Shown: piece by piece, positions 1 to 14,000 of the stretch | How the letters are laid out: each line of letters starts with the position of its first letter | Position numbering within the stretch: position 1 is the stretch's first letter | NCBI GenBank assembly: GCA_001949185.1 | Contig: BDGG01000011.1 | Coordinates: 327,016 to 391,015, forward strand | Direction of reading: 5' to 3' | DNA from: Ramazzottius varieornatus | Taxonomy: Eukaryota; Animalia; Tardigrada | DNA: 64,000 nt | Position numbers and translations under genes: made by a program | Notes under the pieces: generated by a model | Told to the model about the DNA's origin: nothing | The model's database searches: none | What the model saw: the letters and a program-made list of their open reading frames with translations, nothing else

Positions 1-3000
1 CCTGAAGGCGAAACCTACGCTTCGTGGCATACCGGCGAATGCCTTGCCAAATTCCAAGCTGACAAAATGAAGTAAGCTTCCTCTTCCTTCAAGTTCTTCA
101 CTTGTCAACCGATCATCTCTTCTCCCACAAAATGCCAAATCTGACTAACTTTTACAGATTGACTTTCCGTTACAAAATTTACCAAATCCCTAAGAGCCGT
201 TGCGACCCCAAGAAAGGAGCCTTGCAAGATACCACCACTCCAAGAAGCGGTTAAAAAACTTCATCAACCAGTTTGATGTCAATCCATTCAACCAGATTTC
301 GTTGTCCATTTGTCCGTTACACTACCTACGTTCAATATCCTCTTCGAAAGAACTTTTCATGAACTGTACGCAACTTCAGCCACGGTACACGTACGTTGAA
401 GATTAGAAGACAATCTACCCATGATATGTTTTACATAACGGAGAAAAACTCCCCACCAACGCATTGATTAGAGGAAAGGGTCGCAGAGAGCAGCGGAAGG
501 AAATGGGCTGAAATACTGCGCGCCTGTGGCTCGAGCTGTCGAGGCGAGCAGCATGTGATCATAAGCGCCTGGAAAAAGCAATCGACATCGAGAACCAGAC
601 AAACCAGTTCCCGGATAGATCATCAGTCGGATGGCGCTCAAATGTAATCATGGTGGTACATGTTGAAGGCGGCAGCTATGGAGTGTAACTATCGGTCAAT
701 GACCAAGTGTACCCTGTGGAAAGATCTTTTAGCTTCCGCCATCAAACACCAACTTCAAACGACTTACCACATCACCAAGGAGACATCCCAACCATCTTAT
801 GGAAATACTCCAGCACAACCCAAATTTTAGCGACAAAGAAAATACTACAGTAAAACCAAATTATAACGATAAAGATTAACCGTAGCAAATTACTGAAATT
901 TTTAATGTCGTCCGTCCGGCCAGTTTTCCTACGAGGCAAAAGACGTATTGTGCGGCTGTGAAGCCTCGTCTCTGCGTAACAAAATGGCCAGAAGGACTCC
1001 ATCATGAATTTTGGAGTTTTGCTTCGGGAAACCCAATGTGTGTGCGGTATTTTTCTACCGCCTTTTTGCGGTGCTGAGTTCGGCAATTTTGCAGCGAATC
1101 TCCGAGTTCTCAGAACCGGACCAAGGGAAAAATTATGAACAAAAATATTGAGGTGGGGCGCCACCTCCACGAAGCGGAAACGCTAAAGCGAAGTTCTTTG
1201 TTGCGCAGACTTTCGAGCCGCTCGTTCTACATTATATACAACGGGGAGGATGGGAATCAGTGAGAGAACAGTAAGTGAAGAAGCAAGGGAGCGCCGGCGT
1301 TTTTGTTCTATCGACCGGAAAGCCAGGCATGCGTTACAGTACATGCCTGTGACATTAGGCGGTCTGCATCCTGCTTCGTGGATTCGCACAATACATAGTG
1401 TTGAACATTGCACAGCAGCAGATAGTCCAGTCCACTCCAGACATAGCGCCCGGCACTGTCACGACTAACATGGGGCGGATATGGGTTGCGAAAGCAGTCA
1501 GCCTTGACTGTATACACGTCCCGTAACCTGTTTCTTCCAGCACCGCGGCCTTGTTTTGCTCACACTGGCATACCTCCATCTACGTGGCTGTACAGGTTAA
1601 CGTAACCCACGTCGACTGGCCAAGCAGGAATAAGCCGCCGATGTATGTAACGGGCGCACTCGAGCACACATACGTCTGTATCAGACAACGTTGCCCCGCT
1701 CGGCTGTATTCCACAGCCAACGATTCATCCTTGTTCCTCTCAGCGCACAACCACGGCGTATGGAATGATCAACAAGTCGAGCCAGCCTTGTGATCGAATG
1801 TTGGCCTCGAGGCGCCAGCGCGTGTGATGTTAAGGCAAGGCTATAGCCAGGACTAGCCAGCTCATTCGTTCGCCTGCTCGCCAGCCCAGCTCTTGCCGCG
1901 AGAGGATAAGCTGCTGAAGCACACTCGTTACAGGGAAAAGTTGCGTGTTTGTCAATCCACGTCCTACCTTCACTCCTACCCTGTTCTACCTGTTGCGCTC
2001 GCATGGTCGATCGACACTTTCTCCTTGAACGTTAACTTCACACAGCTCACTTTATTACTCTTTTTCAAACGTGCACTCCCACCAACCAGCTGGCTCTCCC
2101 AGCCCAAATCGTCGCTTCAATTCCCCCACTTCCTTCCAGTCTTTATACCCATTCCGGTTGGTCTCAACAGAGGTACCACCTTCTTCCCAGTTCCGTCTTT
2201 GGCTATCAACCACTTCCGGACCTTGGGTTCTTCCATCAACCTGACGGTGAGTCTACTTTAAATTTCAGTCGAACTTATTTTAAAATAGTCCAAACTGTGA
2301 AGACAAAATATTCATATTATCTCAGTTCGAGATAACTGATTTTTAAATCAGCGGCTGAACGTGTACTCATATGCATACTCGTATGCTGACCATGGTGTAC
2401 GGTAGTCTGGCATGTTAAAGAAGGCGATGGCTGTACCAGTCAGTCCGTTACGTGACTCCAAGTACGTAGAACATCCGCCAACGCGTTCGGAGAACCATAA
2501 GCACAACATTGGCTGGTTAATGAGCATAAACAAACCATCGCGGTACATATTACCAGACCAAACTGGCACGTCTACATGTACTTGTTGATGATACCTGTAA
2601 ACGAGACTGTCCATGTCATATTTAGGTCTGAGGGACCAGCCCACCTGTCGTAAATCGTTTTCAGATTTTTGAAGAAAACAAAACAACACCTTCTAGCATA
2701 GGTTGGAGGTGAAGAAGATAAAGCGAGGTTGACATGAACCTGTTGCGCTGTCGTGCGCAAACATGGGCAGGTTCTCATGGGACAAACCCTTATCGATTTT
2801 CCTTCCTTCCTTCTTCCTCGATGCGCAGTATCCAGTTTGTCGGTCGGAGTTTAATCTATGCCATGATTAATGCTGACTGGCTTATAGACTGTGAGTGGGT
2901 GCGAAGGCATGTGGCTCACTGGGGTAGCGCCTTTACAGCTCACCCCGGTACAAGTGCATGCGTCCTGTAGATGTGGCATGCGCAAACATGTGCCTGGCTG

Positions 3001-5472
3001 GAATATGGAATAGAGTTCAAGGAGGGACAAACGCTGGTAATGGCCCTGTTGTCGATAACATGGGCCTTTATCAGTTAACACAGGATTCTCGTCGGGCTAG
3101 TTTCGCTCGACTCGACTGGGACAAACACGGCAAATGGCAAACAGGTTTAGCCCCAGCTCATACAAGGAAGCCTTGGCGGGAGCAGTCAACTGTTCATCGC
3201 ACAGTACACTGCACTGATATAGCGGCAGGAAACAGCTAAAGTCCAAAGGCTCAACCACTCTGTCATTTATTCCCACATGGATAAACAGTTGTACACAGTT
3301 GTACACATAGTGCGCGTCTCTGTACATGAGTAGTACACTTGCGCAGCCCGATACTGTCATGAATAAGTCATGGGCGTTTCCCGGGAAAATTTGCGGCACT
3401 AAAAAATCCAAGAACATTTTCCACAATCTGTATTAGCGAATGTGACACTCAGGGAGAAGTCTTCCTAGATTGGAATGGAATATTGGACCGACAATGTGGA
3501 CTCCTCCATGTTTTCAGAAAGCTTTGTTTGGGCGACTTTGCTTTTTGATCCAACGATACAGTGTAAACAGACGTAAGACCCTGAAGTACCCGCGCGGCTG
3601 GTCAGATATGACGTCGGTAATATGAAAGTCAACTTTTGGGATAGTTCAGCAATGCGACCCTCGATTTCGGTCATTGACGTTGATGGTGACGGCTGTTGCC
3701 AGTACCGGTTGTGGGAGCGTCGACGGAAGCTTGGTCTTAATCTCACTGGAGGCACACACACATATTCTATCTGACATATTCTCGATGGAGTTGCGCAGTT
3801 GCCTATACGGCAACAAAGAGGCAGATCATGATGATCCACACATTCAATCTACCATCATAATATCCGGGTGAACGACCTGGCTGGCTGAGCTGCCATTCTG
3901 CACAGCGCTGCTGTAGTCTACATGTCCGCGCAACAGGTTACAGGTTTCATCTGTGTCTTCTCTCCATTACGAGCTACAATGCATGCGCCAGCAAGAAAAT
4001 GTTCAGGCGGTATCTCCATCCTGATTTCAATGTAGCTAGGCTTGACTGTTCAATGAGTGTCTTGAGAAGTAATAGGCTGGGATGGATGGGCATGATTGAG
4101 GTCAGGTAGAGAAGGTAACGCTTTGGTGGCACTGTACTGACACAGCGCTCGAGCGAGCTGACACTCCGCAATGCATCGACCTGGCCTCACTATACCTGCA
4201 TAGCATCACACATGCAACAGGCTTTTCTTGCGGGCCAGATCGGAATATACGCTATAGCCTGCAGCCGGTGCGTTCACCATCCATGATCATTTTTGCTGGA
4301 CCAGATGTACCCGCTCAGAAAGGCACCTCACCTTACAGTCGACTACCACGTTCACAGCAACGCTTCGCTTACTGAGTTGGATAGTGACAAGATTGGGTAG
4401 ACATGGCTGCATTTCGGACAGGGTAACGACTGGGCTTTACGAAAAAGGGTGGTACGTACATGGGCTGCATGTAATGTGTACGGAACAACAGCAAGCCTTC
4501 TTTTACCATCATCATCCGACGCAATCATCCATCCGAATGTCCAAGACAGCTAGCGAGACGCCACATCGCCTATTGAGCTAGCGCGCACAGATCCTAAATC
4601 GGCTAATGGACGCCGTAACGAACGGCACAGAGGTACGCGTAGGCTGGCTCCTCTGTACCTCCACCTGTAGCTGCACACGAAACAGGACGGAGAGATCAGG
4701 TACAGATGAAGCAAGAGACCTGTTGCCCGTACGTACAGTCTTCCGACCTTGGGCGATGTAGCCTGTGTAGTCTCAACATCAGCCTTTCCGAATCTCTCGC
4801 GTAACGACGCACAGGCAACATCTAACGTGGCACACCATGCCTCCATCCATCCATCTAGCCAGGCCATGTCAAGCACCCCTTCATGGAGCCCTTATTGTGT
4901 TACCTGTCGCTGTAACCCCATGATCACGGTGACTGTAGCTGGTCTTTTAGTGCCGCGGGTCCAACACTTGAACCTCTCCGCCGCATGTCCTTCGTCGTCC
5001 TTATACACCCCACTAGCGGCCTCCGTCCTCCTTCGCTCTGATCCGCGCTACTCTATACCACCATCACAACCTTCCTCTGTGTTATCCATCGATCTGTCCC
5101 CCATCCACTGTCCTTGTCCCCCTTTTTTCTCTTGTGTCAACCTGCTGCCTCTCTTGTCTCCCACTGCGCGATCGATAAGGTCCTTCTTTCCCTAGTTTGT
5201 CGCCAAGATCGATTTACATGTACCTGTCGTCCCACTAACAGCCTGTAAGTACTGCGAAAAGTCCATTGTGTATCGTTTTGAGCGTTACCAAATATCCCTC
5301 TAAATTTCGAGCGATGACCCAAAACTTACTTCTTGGCTACGATGATTTTTTCTAAAAATTAGCGAACTCGAAACGCGACTTACGTATTTTGTAATGCTTT
5401 TTAAATTGTGGCGACTGAGTAGTGTGCAACGACAGAATTGGTGGTACGATGATTACGCCATATGCTCTTGTC

Positions 5473-5695
5473 AGGCCGAGCGAAGCGAGGCCCTTTTAAG
5501 TCTGTCGATATTTCAATGGACGATCAGATTCTTCGAGCTTTCACACATCGCAAACTCTGTACCGAAAACAAATGCGTGACTTGATCCGGGTCACAGAAAT
5601 TTTTTACTCGCAAGTGCACCGTAACGCAGTAGAAATGTGTGGCCTATAATCTTTTGCCTCCTTTGCTCGGCCTTCCCCGTGGTCAGAACCACTAG
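5473..5695 (+). mobile_element. Short non-autonomous Helitron/Helentron-like element
   Basis: AGGCCGAGCGAAGCGAGGC (5473-5491) is an imperfect inverted match to GCCTCCTTTGCTCGGCCT (5656-5673). It is followed by a short hairpin GTGGT-caga-ACCAC and a CTAG end. A near-identical 3' end occurs at 59626-59668. Confidence 0.55.
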
Positions 5696-7542
5696 ATAAG
5701 TTATGAAATGCATGCAGATCATTGGGTTGGTTTCTCGTTTGGTCGTCGCTTTAATTGCACGATGGTCAGCATGCAGTGTAGTACGTAAAATTAATGTACA
5801 GACAGTTTATGGCAGCGCGACTGTACCTTTGACTATACGGTCCCAGGTGGCATTTGCGCTGCAGTACCTGGTGGGTACTCCGCCTTGCAAGTGAAGTACA
5901 CTGAACTGCATTCCGCCATTTCCGCCTTCATGGCATGCCTGTCTTACGAGACGGTGCAGATTAGACTGACAGATATAGAGGTAGCCAAGAGAAGAGAGTT
6001 CAAGACTTTTTCTTGTTATTCGTCCTCAATAGATGTGCATGAGCAATCCGAGATGGTAAGCATGAGAGCCTACCTGTCGTATATTCTGCAACTTTGAGGT
6101 ATTTCTCTGCTGTCAGGGTCCAAAACTTCTTCTCCAAAAAAAGGAGGAGCATTTCCGCGTTCTAGTTCAAACCTTTATGGTACTTCATGTAGCATAAGGT
6201 AGCATATTCTTAAAGAAATTCCCATAAAAGCTAATCCACTGTCTGGCGACTCGCATTTACGCCACTTTCCCACGGTACACCGCCCTCATGGATAATTTCG
6301 CTTCATGCGATTTTTCTACGATAATTCAACAGGTGAATTTGAGCTGTCTGCCACAAATCTTTAGCCCCTCTTTACTCATCCCATTTTTACCTAGTCTGGA
6401 CGAGAAAGTCATCAGAGTTAGACTCTGGGGGTATCACTGCATGCCCGTAAAAGGAACTGAGCTCAGGACACGTAAAACATACTGTTGGGAAAGAAGGCGC
6501 AGTCGGTTGAAGGGAAAGGAGGAAGTGAGTCAAGTGACAAAACTTCCTTGTGCAGGGTATCGTCGGCCATCTAACTTTAGCCCATCCAGACACGATCAAA
6601 ATTTCCTAACGGACATGTTGCCAGTGCCAGTAGGGTAAAGCGTGCAGGAGGATAAAGAGTCCATACTCCAAGGAGTAAGGTTGCACATACCAGAATGACA
6701 TTCTGGCTGAGCCTTCCTTCCTTGTGCCTGTTTGCCAAGAAAAGGCATGCAGTCAAACCAGTCTCTTTTATATTTAGCCCGGACAGAATTAAGCTCAAGC
6801 ACAAGGCTGAGCAACGACAAGACACAGAGAAAGATCGGGAATGAGCCCAAGTGGATGGAAGAAAGGGGAGCACGTGCTTGCCTTTCCCATAACATGGCCT
6901 CTGTGGGATCTGTACTTACAGGCTGACTTGTCGGGCAAGTCATGATCATACAGGCACACAGCAGTGATTTCAGCATTTTCCCCAACCAGCGCCACAGGGC
7001 TAAAGATAGACAAACACACACACAGGCTGACAGGACAGGATACAGCTTAAACAGGCACAACCCACCCCAGCCGGTTATTCCTGTCGGCTGTCACCATCGC
7101 GCTGCGTGAACGCCCAACGCTGACGCTCAGCCCGAGCCTGTCACAGTCAGCAACAAGTCCTGTCTTCCTTTTTCCCCCACAGTCTTACTCTCACAGCCTT
7201 TCGCAAGAAGTCTACGCTCTACCATTTTCTCCTTTTGTAGAAACTTGCAGATCTTTCTAGCCCTTCCTTTCTCTGAGTTCCAGCGCTTCAATAACTTTCG
7301 ACAGCCTATTTCTCGTGAGTGCGGGAGAAGGGAAGAGATCCGTGAGAAGATTTTTATGGGAGAAGGGAAATGCTTTTCTGAATTCCGGTGTAGATTGATT
7401 GACTGATACTTGATTTTGTATTTGTTCATCTAATCAATACCGGATTTTTTAGGTGGCGATGACGCCATGGACTGAATTGTGTTTGCTCGTGTAAGTTATC
7501 GACTGATTGGTGATTTTGTTTTAGGTTTTTTAACGTGAAACG

Positions 7543-10360
7543 ATGACGTCAGCCACCTTAGCACGCGGTCCGCCGGTGGACGTGCGGCAAGAGGACGACG
7601 ATGACGAGGACGCCTTGATGGACGAGGAAGAGCTGGCCAGCCTGAATAGTCCTGGAGGACAAGGGAACGGCCGGGAGCAGGAAATGGAACGGGGAGGCGG
7701 ACGAGGCCTGATGATCGACGAGAATGACGGCGACAGCAACAGCGAAGAGGGAATCAACTCGGTCGATGATGTCGTCGACTATTCCGGTCGCCAGAAGGCA
7801 AACAAGAGAAAGCAGCATCAGCCTGCTCCCTCCTCGGGATCCCTGTCGGATACCGAAGGCGACAACGAGATGGGAAACGGTAACCCGGAGGCTGGATATC
7901 TCCAGGTAAGACGTTCTCCAGGAAGAATTTCGAAGATAAAACGCGAAGACAATTAATTTAAATTATTTAATCTATAATGCTCGATAGACCAATCAATGAT
8001 TTACCCGTTATCAAAATCAATCAAAAGAATCCGACTTCCCGGTTTCACGTCAAATGTGGCACAGAATTCACGTGGCAATCAGATGTAGTCATGATGCGAA
8101 TGATCACGTGGTCATTCTGTTGGTTTTGAAAAGGGAATTTGGCTCCTCCCTTTGTCTGACTTTTCGATAACAGGTGGCGCACCAATTCACTTCCGGTTGC
8201 GCTTACCGCCATACATTTCTCCTGGTTTCAACCAAGTTTCTTTCCGTTTTGCAGGATTACGGATACGGAAGAAACGGAGGGGACAACAACGGGACGTATC
8301 CATCAGCTGGCAGTCCAGCAGGTAGTCTGTCCGGAGCGAAAGGCGGCTCAAAGAGCGGCAAGAGTTTCATCTGCGACATCTGCATGAAGACCTTCTCCAA
8401 CGCGGCCAACATGCGCCGTCACCGTGTTCGTCATTCCGGCATCAAGCCTTTCGAGTGTCGCTTCTGTCAGAAACGCTTCTTCCGAAAGGATCACATGCGG
8501 GAACACATGAACCACAAACACAACAACACGCAGGTACGAAACATTTCTCAACCGGTCGTCTGGAGTTAATTCAGGCGCTGAGTAACTTTGTCTTTTACCT
8601 ACGAAAACCTGTCAGGTTCGTGCCGGGCACGAACCTGGCCGTTGCTCCATAGGGGAACAGAAACATACATACCCCGACAAGCTGGTTCTTCCATATGGCG
8701 TACTCCCCCAGCCAATAACACTGCAGTCGTGCGTCACTTTGGAAAACGGTCTTGACGAGTTGGTTTACAGACTACTCGTATAAATCCCAGCAACTGATCA
8801 CCAGTTTTACTATCTACTTATCTGATGGGTATGATTTTCTATAGATGGAATGCTACTTTTGCCAGCAAGTTTTCGATAAAGAAAAGGACCTCTTCCAGCA
8901 CGTTACACGAGACCACGATGTCAACCCTCGCGAGCTGCACTGTCAGTACTGTTCGTTCAGCGCCACGACCATCGGACGCTTCCTCTGGCACATGACAACG
9001 TCTCATCCTCGCAAGAACTCCCACTATAGCTTGAACGACTCGCCCACCGACCACTCAGCCATCTCCATGGCTCCTTCCGTCCATTCCATGGCACCACCCA
9101 GCCCCGACTCGCCACCCTCGCCTTCTCCCAAAGCAAGACCATCCTTCAGCGATCCTTACCAACACCTCTCACAGGCTTCACACTCTCAAACCTCCAGCCC
9201 TTCCAGTAAGACTTTGTCCACAAAAATATATCCATCTTTTACGCACCCGCATACAGCGAACCGTACATTTCATGAAGCTAAAGCTATGCGGGTTCATGTC
9301 GAAGAATGTTTTTCGACTGCTGCCAGAATAAAAACTGGGAAGCCTACGTACAAACCTACGTACATTAGTGCAATGGTAATCACACAATGTATTGGTATGC
9401 AGGTTGAGGAAATCGGTAGGTTCATGTGCTTAGTTTTCTCGTTTCCATCTGTTTGTTTTCTTTGCAGAACGGCGCAAAGTGGCCGAGGATCTGTCTGCAC
9501 ATTCCACCCTCAACGGCCTCGCCGCCTCTCTCAACCGTTCATTCTTCGGTGGGTCCACATCCACGCCCTCCTCGGACCTCCACTCGTTGGCACGTTCCCG
9601 CAGCAGCAACGCCCTCAACGGCAATGACCCCGTTCGCTACGTCTCCATCTTGCCCAACAAATTCTCTTCTTCCATAGGCGACACGAGTGCCGAAGATCTC
9701 AGTAACTACTCTCGTAACAACAACCTCAACAATGGCAGCAGTCACAATGCCGAAGACTATAGCGAAGTCCACAAGATGCTGGCCCGCACACAAACCCACA
9801 AAATGAACGGCAACACCAACTCCGCACTCGTCGCTGCGGCATTCGCCGCCGCTTCCGCCGCCCAGAAAGCCACACAAAATAATAACAACCCCAATTCAAG
9901 CAGTAACACTTCCAGCTCCAGACGAAAGTCTAAAGCGCCAGTTCGGATGGTCGAAGCCGAAGCGCCAGTGAACGGTACCGGTAACGGTAGCGGCTGTTAC
10001 GAGCGAGTAGACACCAACGGTGGTTCGTCGGTAGGTTTCACGCAAAATAACCACCCCGAAGATTACTCGGGCGGGTCGAGGATGACCGCCATGCTGCAGC
10101 AGAGACCGATCAAGCAAGAGAAGGAAGCTTTGTTGAGGTCGCCGGTTGATAGTGCCGATAGTGAGGCCCAGAAGTGTCCGCATTGCTTGATCACGTACCC
10201 CGACAATGTTCTGTATATGCTGCATAAAATGTTGCATGGAAAGGATCATCCCTACAAGTGCGCGCAGTGCTCGATACCTTTTCCCAATCGTTATGAGTTC
10301 TACGCGCATATCGTCAATCACGGCAGCCCGGCGCCTCTCAACGGAACAGCCACGCGATGA
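7543..10360 (+). CDS. Hunchback/Ikaros-family C2H2 zinc-finger transcription factor, about 630 aa. Exons 7543-7905, 8255-8533, 8845-9205, 9468-10360
   Basis: GT-AG junctions keep the frame. There are four central C2H2 fingers (CDICMKTFSNAANMRRHRVRH, CRFCQKRFFRKDHMREHMNHKH, CYFC, CQYC). A C-terminal pair, CPHCLITYPDNVLYMLHKMLH-GKDHPYKCAQCSIPFPNRYEFYAHIVNH, matches the Hunchback/Ikaros dimerisation fingers. Confidence 0.85.
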
Positions 10361-11030
10361 CGAACATGAAGTGAAGAATATTCCGTCAAGTTTTTGTTTT
10401 GCTGTACTCTTTCTCAACTTTCGGTGTTTAATTTGTAATAATATGATTATTGGCAATAAGGTACACAGAGCGGCAAAGTATTGTGTCATATTTATGTCTT
10501 AGTTCTCGTACGTAGCGCTCATTCTTCCGTGGTTTTCCGTTGTTAATTTATACAAACCATACTAAGTCTAAGCTTCAGCTCTGAATAATGTTTTGGTGAT
10601 ACTCGACAAAGACGTTTCCGCCGCTGTTTTTCGTGACACTTTTCTGCTTTTCTCACAGTCCGTTTTCTACCGAATTTCATAAATTTTGTACACATTAGAA
10701 AGTCCGTCGTTTTCAACCTCACAATCCTGGGCAAAAACAGTCACCGGTATTTTATCCTAGAATTTCTGACATGAGCAATTGTGTCATTCAAGTGTAAACA
10801 GAACTAGTTCCATCATTATGGGAAAAAAGACTGTTGTGAAATAAGGAGGAAACAAACACATGATGAAAACAAGGCTACACATGGTATGTAAAACATGAAA
10901 GAATGGACAATAAAGACATAGGTGCATGCACTGTACGGACAGAGCGCTTCCAAATACTGCTACAGAACCAACTGCATTGACCTTTTTCTAGTAAATTTTT
11001 CCAAATCAGATACAAATTTCATGAACTGTG

Positions 11031-14000
11031 CTAAAGTGAGCCATCAGGGTTGTGCTGTCTCTGCTTACTGATATTCATGGTCAAAAATGAGTTCAGGGCA
11101 TCGGCGGGGTTGACGTTACGGTTAGGATTCGTTCCTCCACCTGCCGCGGCCAGGTAGCCTTCCTGCTGCATCAGTGCCATCATCTCACTCATGTCCGAAT
11201 CCGGACCCAGGATCTCCTTTAGCAGCTCGTCAAACAGGTCTTCGTCCCTCGGTCCAACTGCCGACGGATTAACGTTGCTGGTTTCAGGCCTCATCATGGA
11301 GGAAGAAGCCACCACCGTGTCCAGAAGCTCCACCTGAAAACCGAAATAAAGTTCCAGTTTCCGCGTAATACTTTAAACTTGTTTTCCAAAGCAGCGCACC
11401 CCGACAGCCAATCAAACTGGGAAAGTGCGCCACTTGGGAAAGTAACCTGGTCGGAATTGTCTGCCAAGTTACCAGTATGGTTAGTTATCTACCTTATTGG
11501 GTGGATACTGTTGGGCAGTCTGGTATGGTTGGACGTCCTGCGGGTTGCCCATGAGAGGAAGCTGTTGCTGGTTGTAGGCAGCCTGGTTGGAGACAGGGAG
11601 AGTATTGTAGGCCGGTGGGGGCATGACGGACTGAACACCGATCGTGGGCTGTCCCACGACGCTTTGCTCTTGCAGCGGACTCTGGGGAATCGTTATGATG
11701 ATGGGCTGAACGATGCCGGGTAGTTGGATGCAGTACTGCATCTGCCCGCCCTCCACAGCCTGCGAAGTCATGGACGATGGCGTGGTCACGATCAGTGGCT
11801 CTTGCAGCGAGTAGACTGCTTGCTCAGACTGCGGACGAGGCTGGATAGGAACCGGCTGGAAGCACAAAGCATAAAATTATTCTACTATGTTTCAAAACAT
11901 ATCTCAAAAGAATCAACAAATTCAAATGGGCGCTCTGCAGACCAAGTTGACAAGATCGCTTCCCAAGCGGCGCACGCATCCTGACAATAATACTGGAAGT
12001 GTGTGCCGCTTGGGAAAACAATCTTGTCGAGTAAGTATGCTACCGAGAGCTAGTCAGGTATTTAACAATTTTTCAAAAGTCATGAAAATAATTAACAATC
12101 CAGTTCTTTTTCAGCATACAGGAATAAGGAGAAACTTTACTGTTGTTTGGAAAACTTTAAAGTCAGAAAATATATTCGGTATTATTATCGTCGATTTCTG
12201 TTTTCCGATTTCACAATCACCTGACTGACGGCAGTGACGGCCGGGAGAGCATCCCCGTCCGCTGCGACGTTCATCGGTTCCTCGGAGGAATGTGGCTCGA
12301 CAAGCTCCAGCAGAGCTGAAGGTGCCGTAGAGACAGATGGACGGCTTTTGGTCGTTGAAGGCGAACGCGATTGTCGAGCTTCCTCGCCGCGTTCCACTGC
12401 ACACAGAAGCACAAACTGAACGTTAAATTTCAGAATGAATAGTGAACAGAAAGCAGATCTTACCTGGTGTATAACGGAACGGAAAACCTTCGCTAGTCTT
12501 GCCGCCCTTATTGCGGACGAAGACTAGCACTTCCACGGGTTCGGTGATTTCCTTGTCGCAGTACGGCGGAATGGTACCGACGAGATGAACGGGACTGAAG
12601 TGCTCTTGAAGCAGGTTCAGCTCTTGCTCCCATGCACTGGGTGTGTTCACGTTCTCGCCTTCCCCGCTATCTACAATATCAAACATTCCAGGTTACTTCA
12701 CTGACAAGAATTTTGATAAAGAATTAGTTACCGCTGTGATTAAGTCCAGCGTTGTTCTTCTCAGCAATGAAGAGTCGGCTGTCATCTTTGACAAAATTCC
12801 TTCCGATGACGACGACATCCATGTCGCCCGAGGCAGGACAGCTGTTGTGCGAGATGAAGTGAATTTCGGGCACTCCAGGAGAGGGCGCTAAAAGACCGAA
12901 AGAACGGAATATCGGCAAAATTCCAGTCATTTCAACAACTTGTGTACACGTCTGCCCCACTCAGTATACGGGACCATGTACGCAGGTGCACAAACAGGTG
13001 CCAATCTTCCCCTAAAACTGCAACAAAAATCCTCAATGAACTTACTGCAGCTGATGGGACTGGATATAACTTGCAGAGTCTTAGTACTGCCATCCGCCAA
13101 CTGGACATCGGGGCAGCGCATGACCAGGCGGACCTTAGGACTCCGTTTTCGTCTTTTGGTCATTTCTTCAGAATCGACGACCGTTGGGTCGAAGTCGGCA
13201 TTTCGTAACTTTAGTATCCCCAGGCAATCGATGCTAGAACAAACAAAAAATCTCATCATCATTAATTTATGCAATAAATTACTAATGTAGTGTCGTTACG
13301 ACCATAACATTAGGGCCTGATGGCTGACGTTTATGCACACTTCAGAGTATAGTCTTTCTCGCGAGTCATATCCATCTCCAAACATGTTATTCCATCGTCC
13401 AGGACCTTCTCCCGACATGGCGTACTGTGCTTTCCACCGACTTTACATACCCTGTAAACCAAAAGGAAAAGAGAACATGAATTCCAACCAAGCAGAAAAT
13501 CTCAGCAACCTGCATACGGTTGGCCGCATCTGTTGCGAGCCGGAAGTATGCAGGTTGTTACAACCTAGCGTTTTTCCTCACTTCAGTCTTCAAAGATTCC
13601 GCAAAATTTACTGACACGAGGTACAATAAAATCTTGATAGAAGCAAACATTTTGCAGTGTCGGAGGATAAAGATTGTACCGGTAGAGTGGATGTGGGCGA
13701 ATGGGATCCGTCTCCGTTCCGATGTAAGCGTGAAGCAGCAGATTCTTACCGTTGTAGCCTTTCAGCTGAATCGAAGGACACGAACTTCCCGTCCGATCTT
13801 TGATGCATCCACGACTACCTTCCTTCTGATATCTCGCTACAATATAACATTCATTCAAATGGACGTATGAAGACATCAAAAGCGCAATTTCGTACCTCGG
13901 TGGTGACTTTCCGGTTGTCGAACGATAGCCAACTCCACACCGCCCACTTTACAGCTATGAGTGTCAACGGAGGGGTGGCTGGTTGACGGATGACTGGCAG

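Noticed and set aside
1-800. Possible decayed gene or transposase at the window start
   Set aside because: Frames are broken and no diagnostic motif was recognised.
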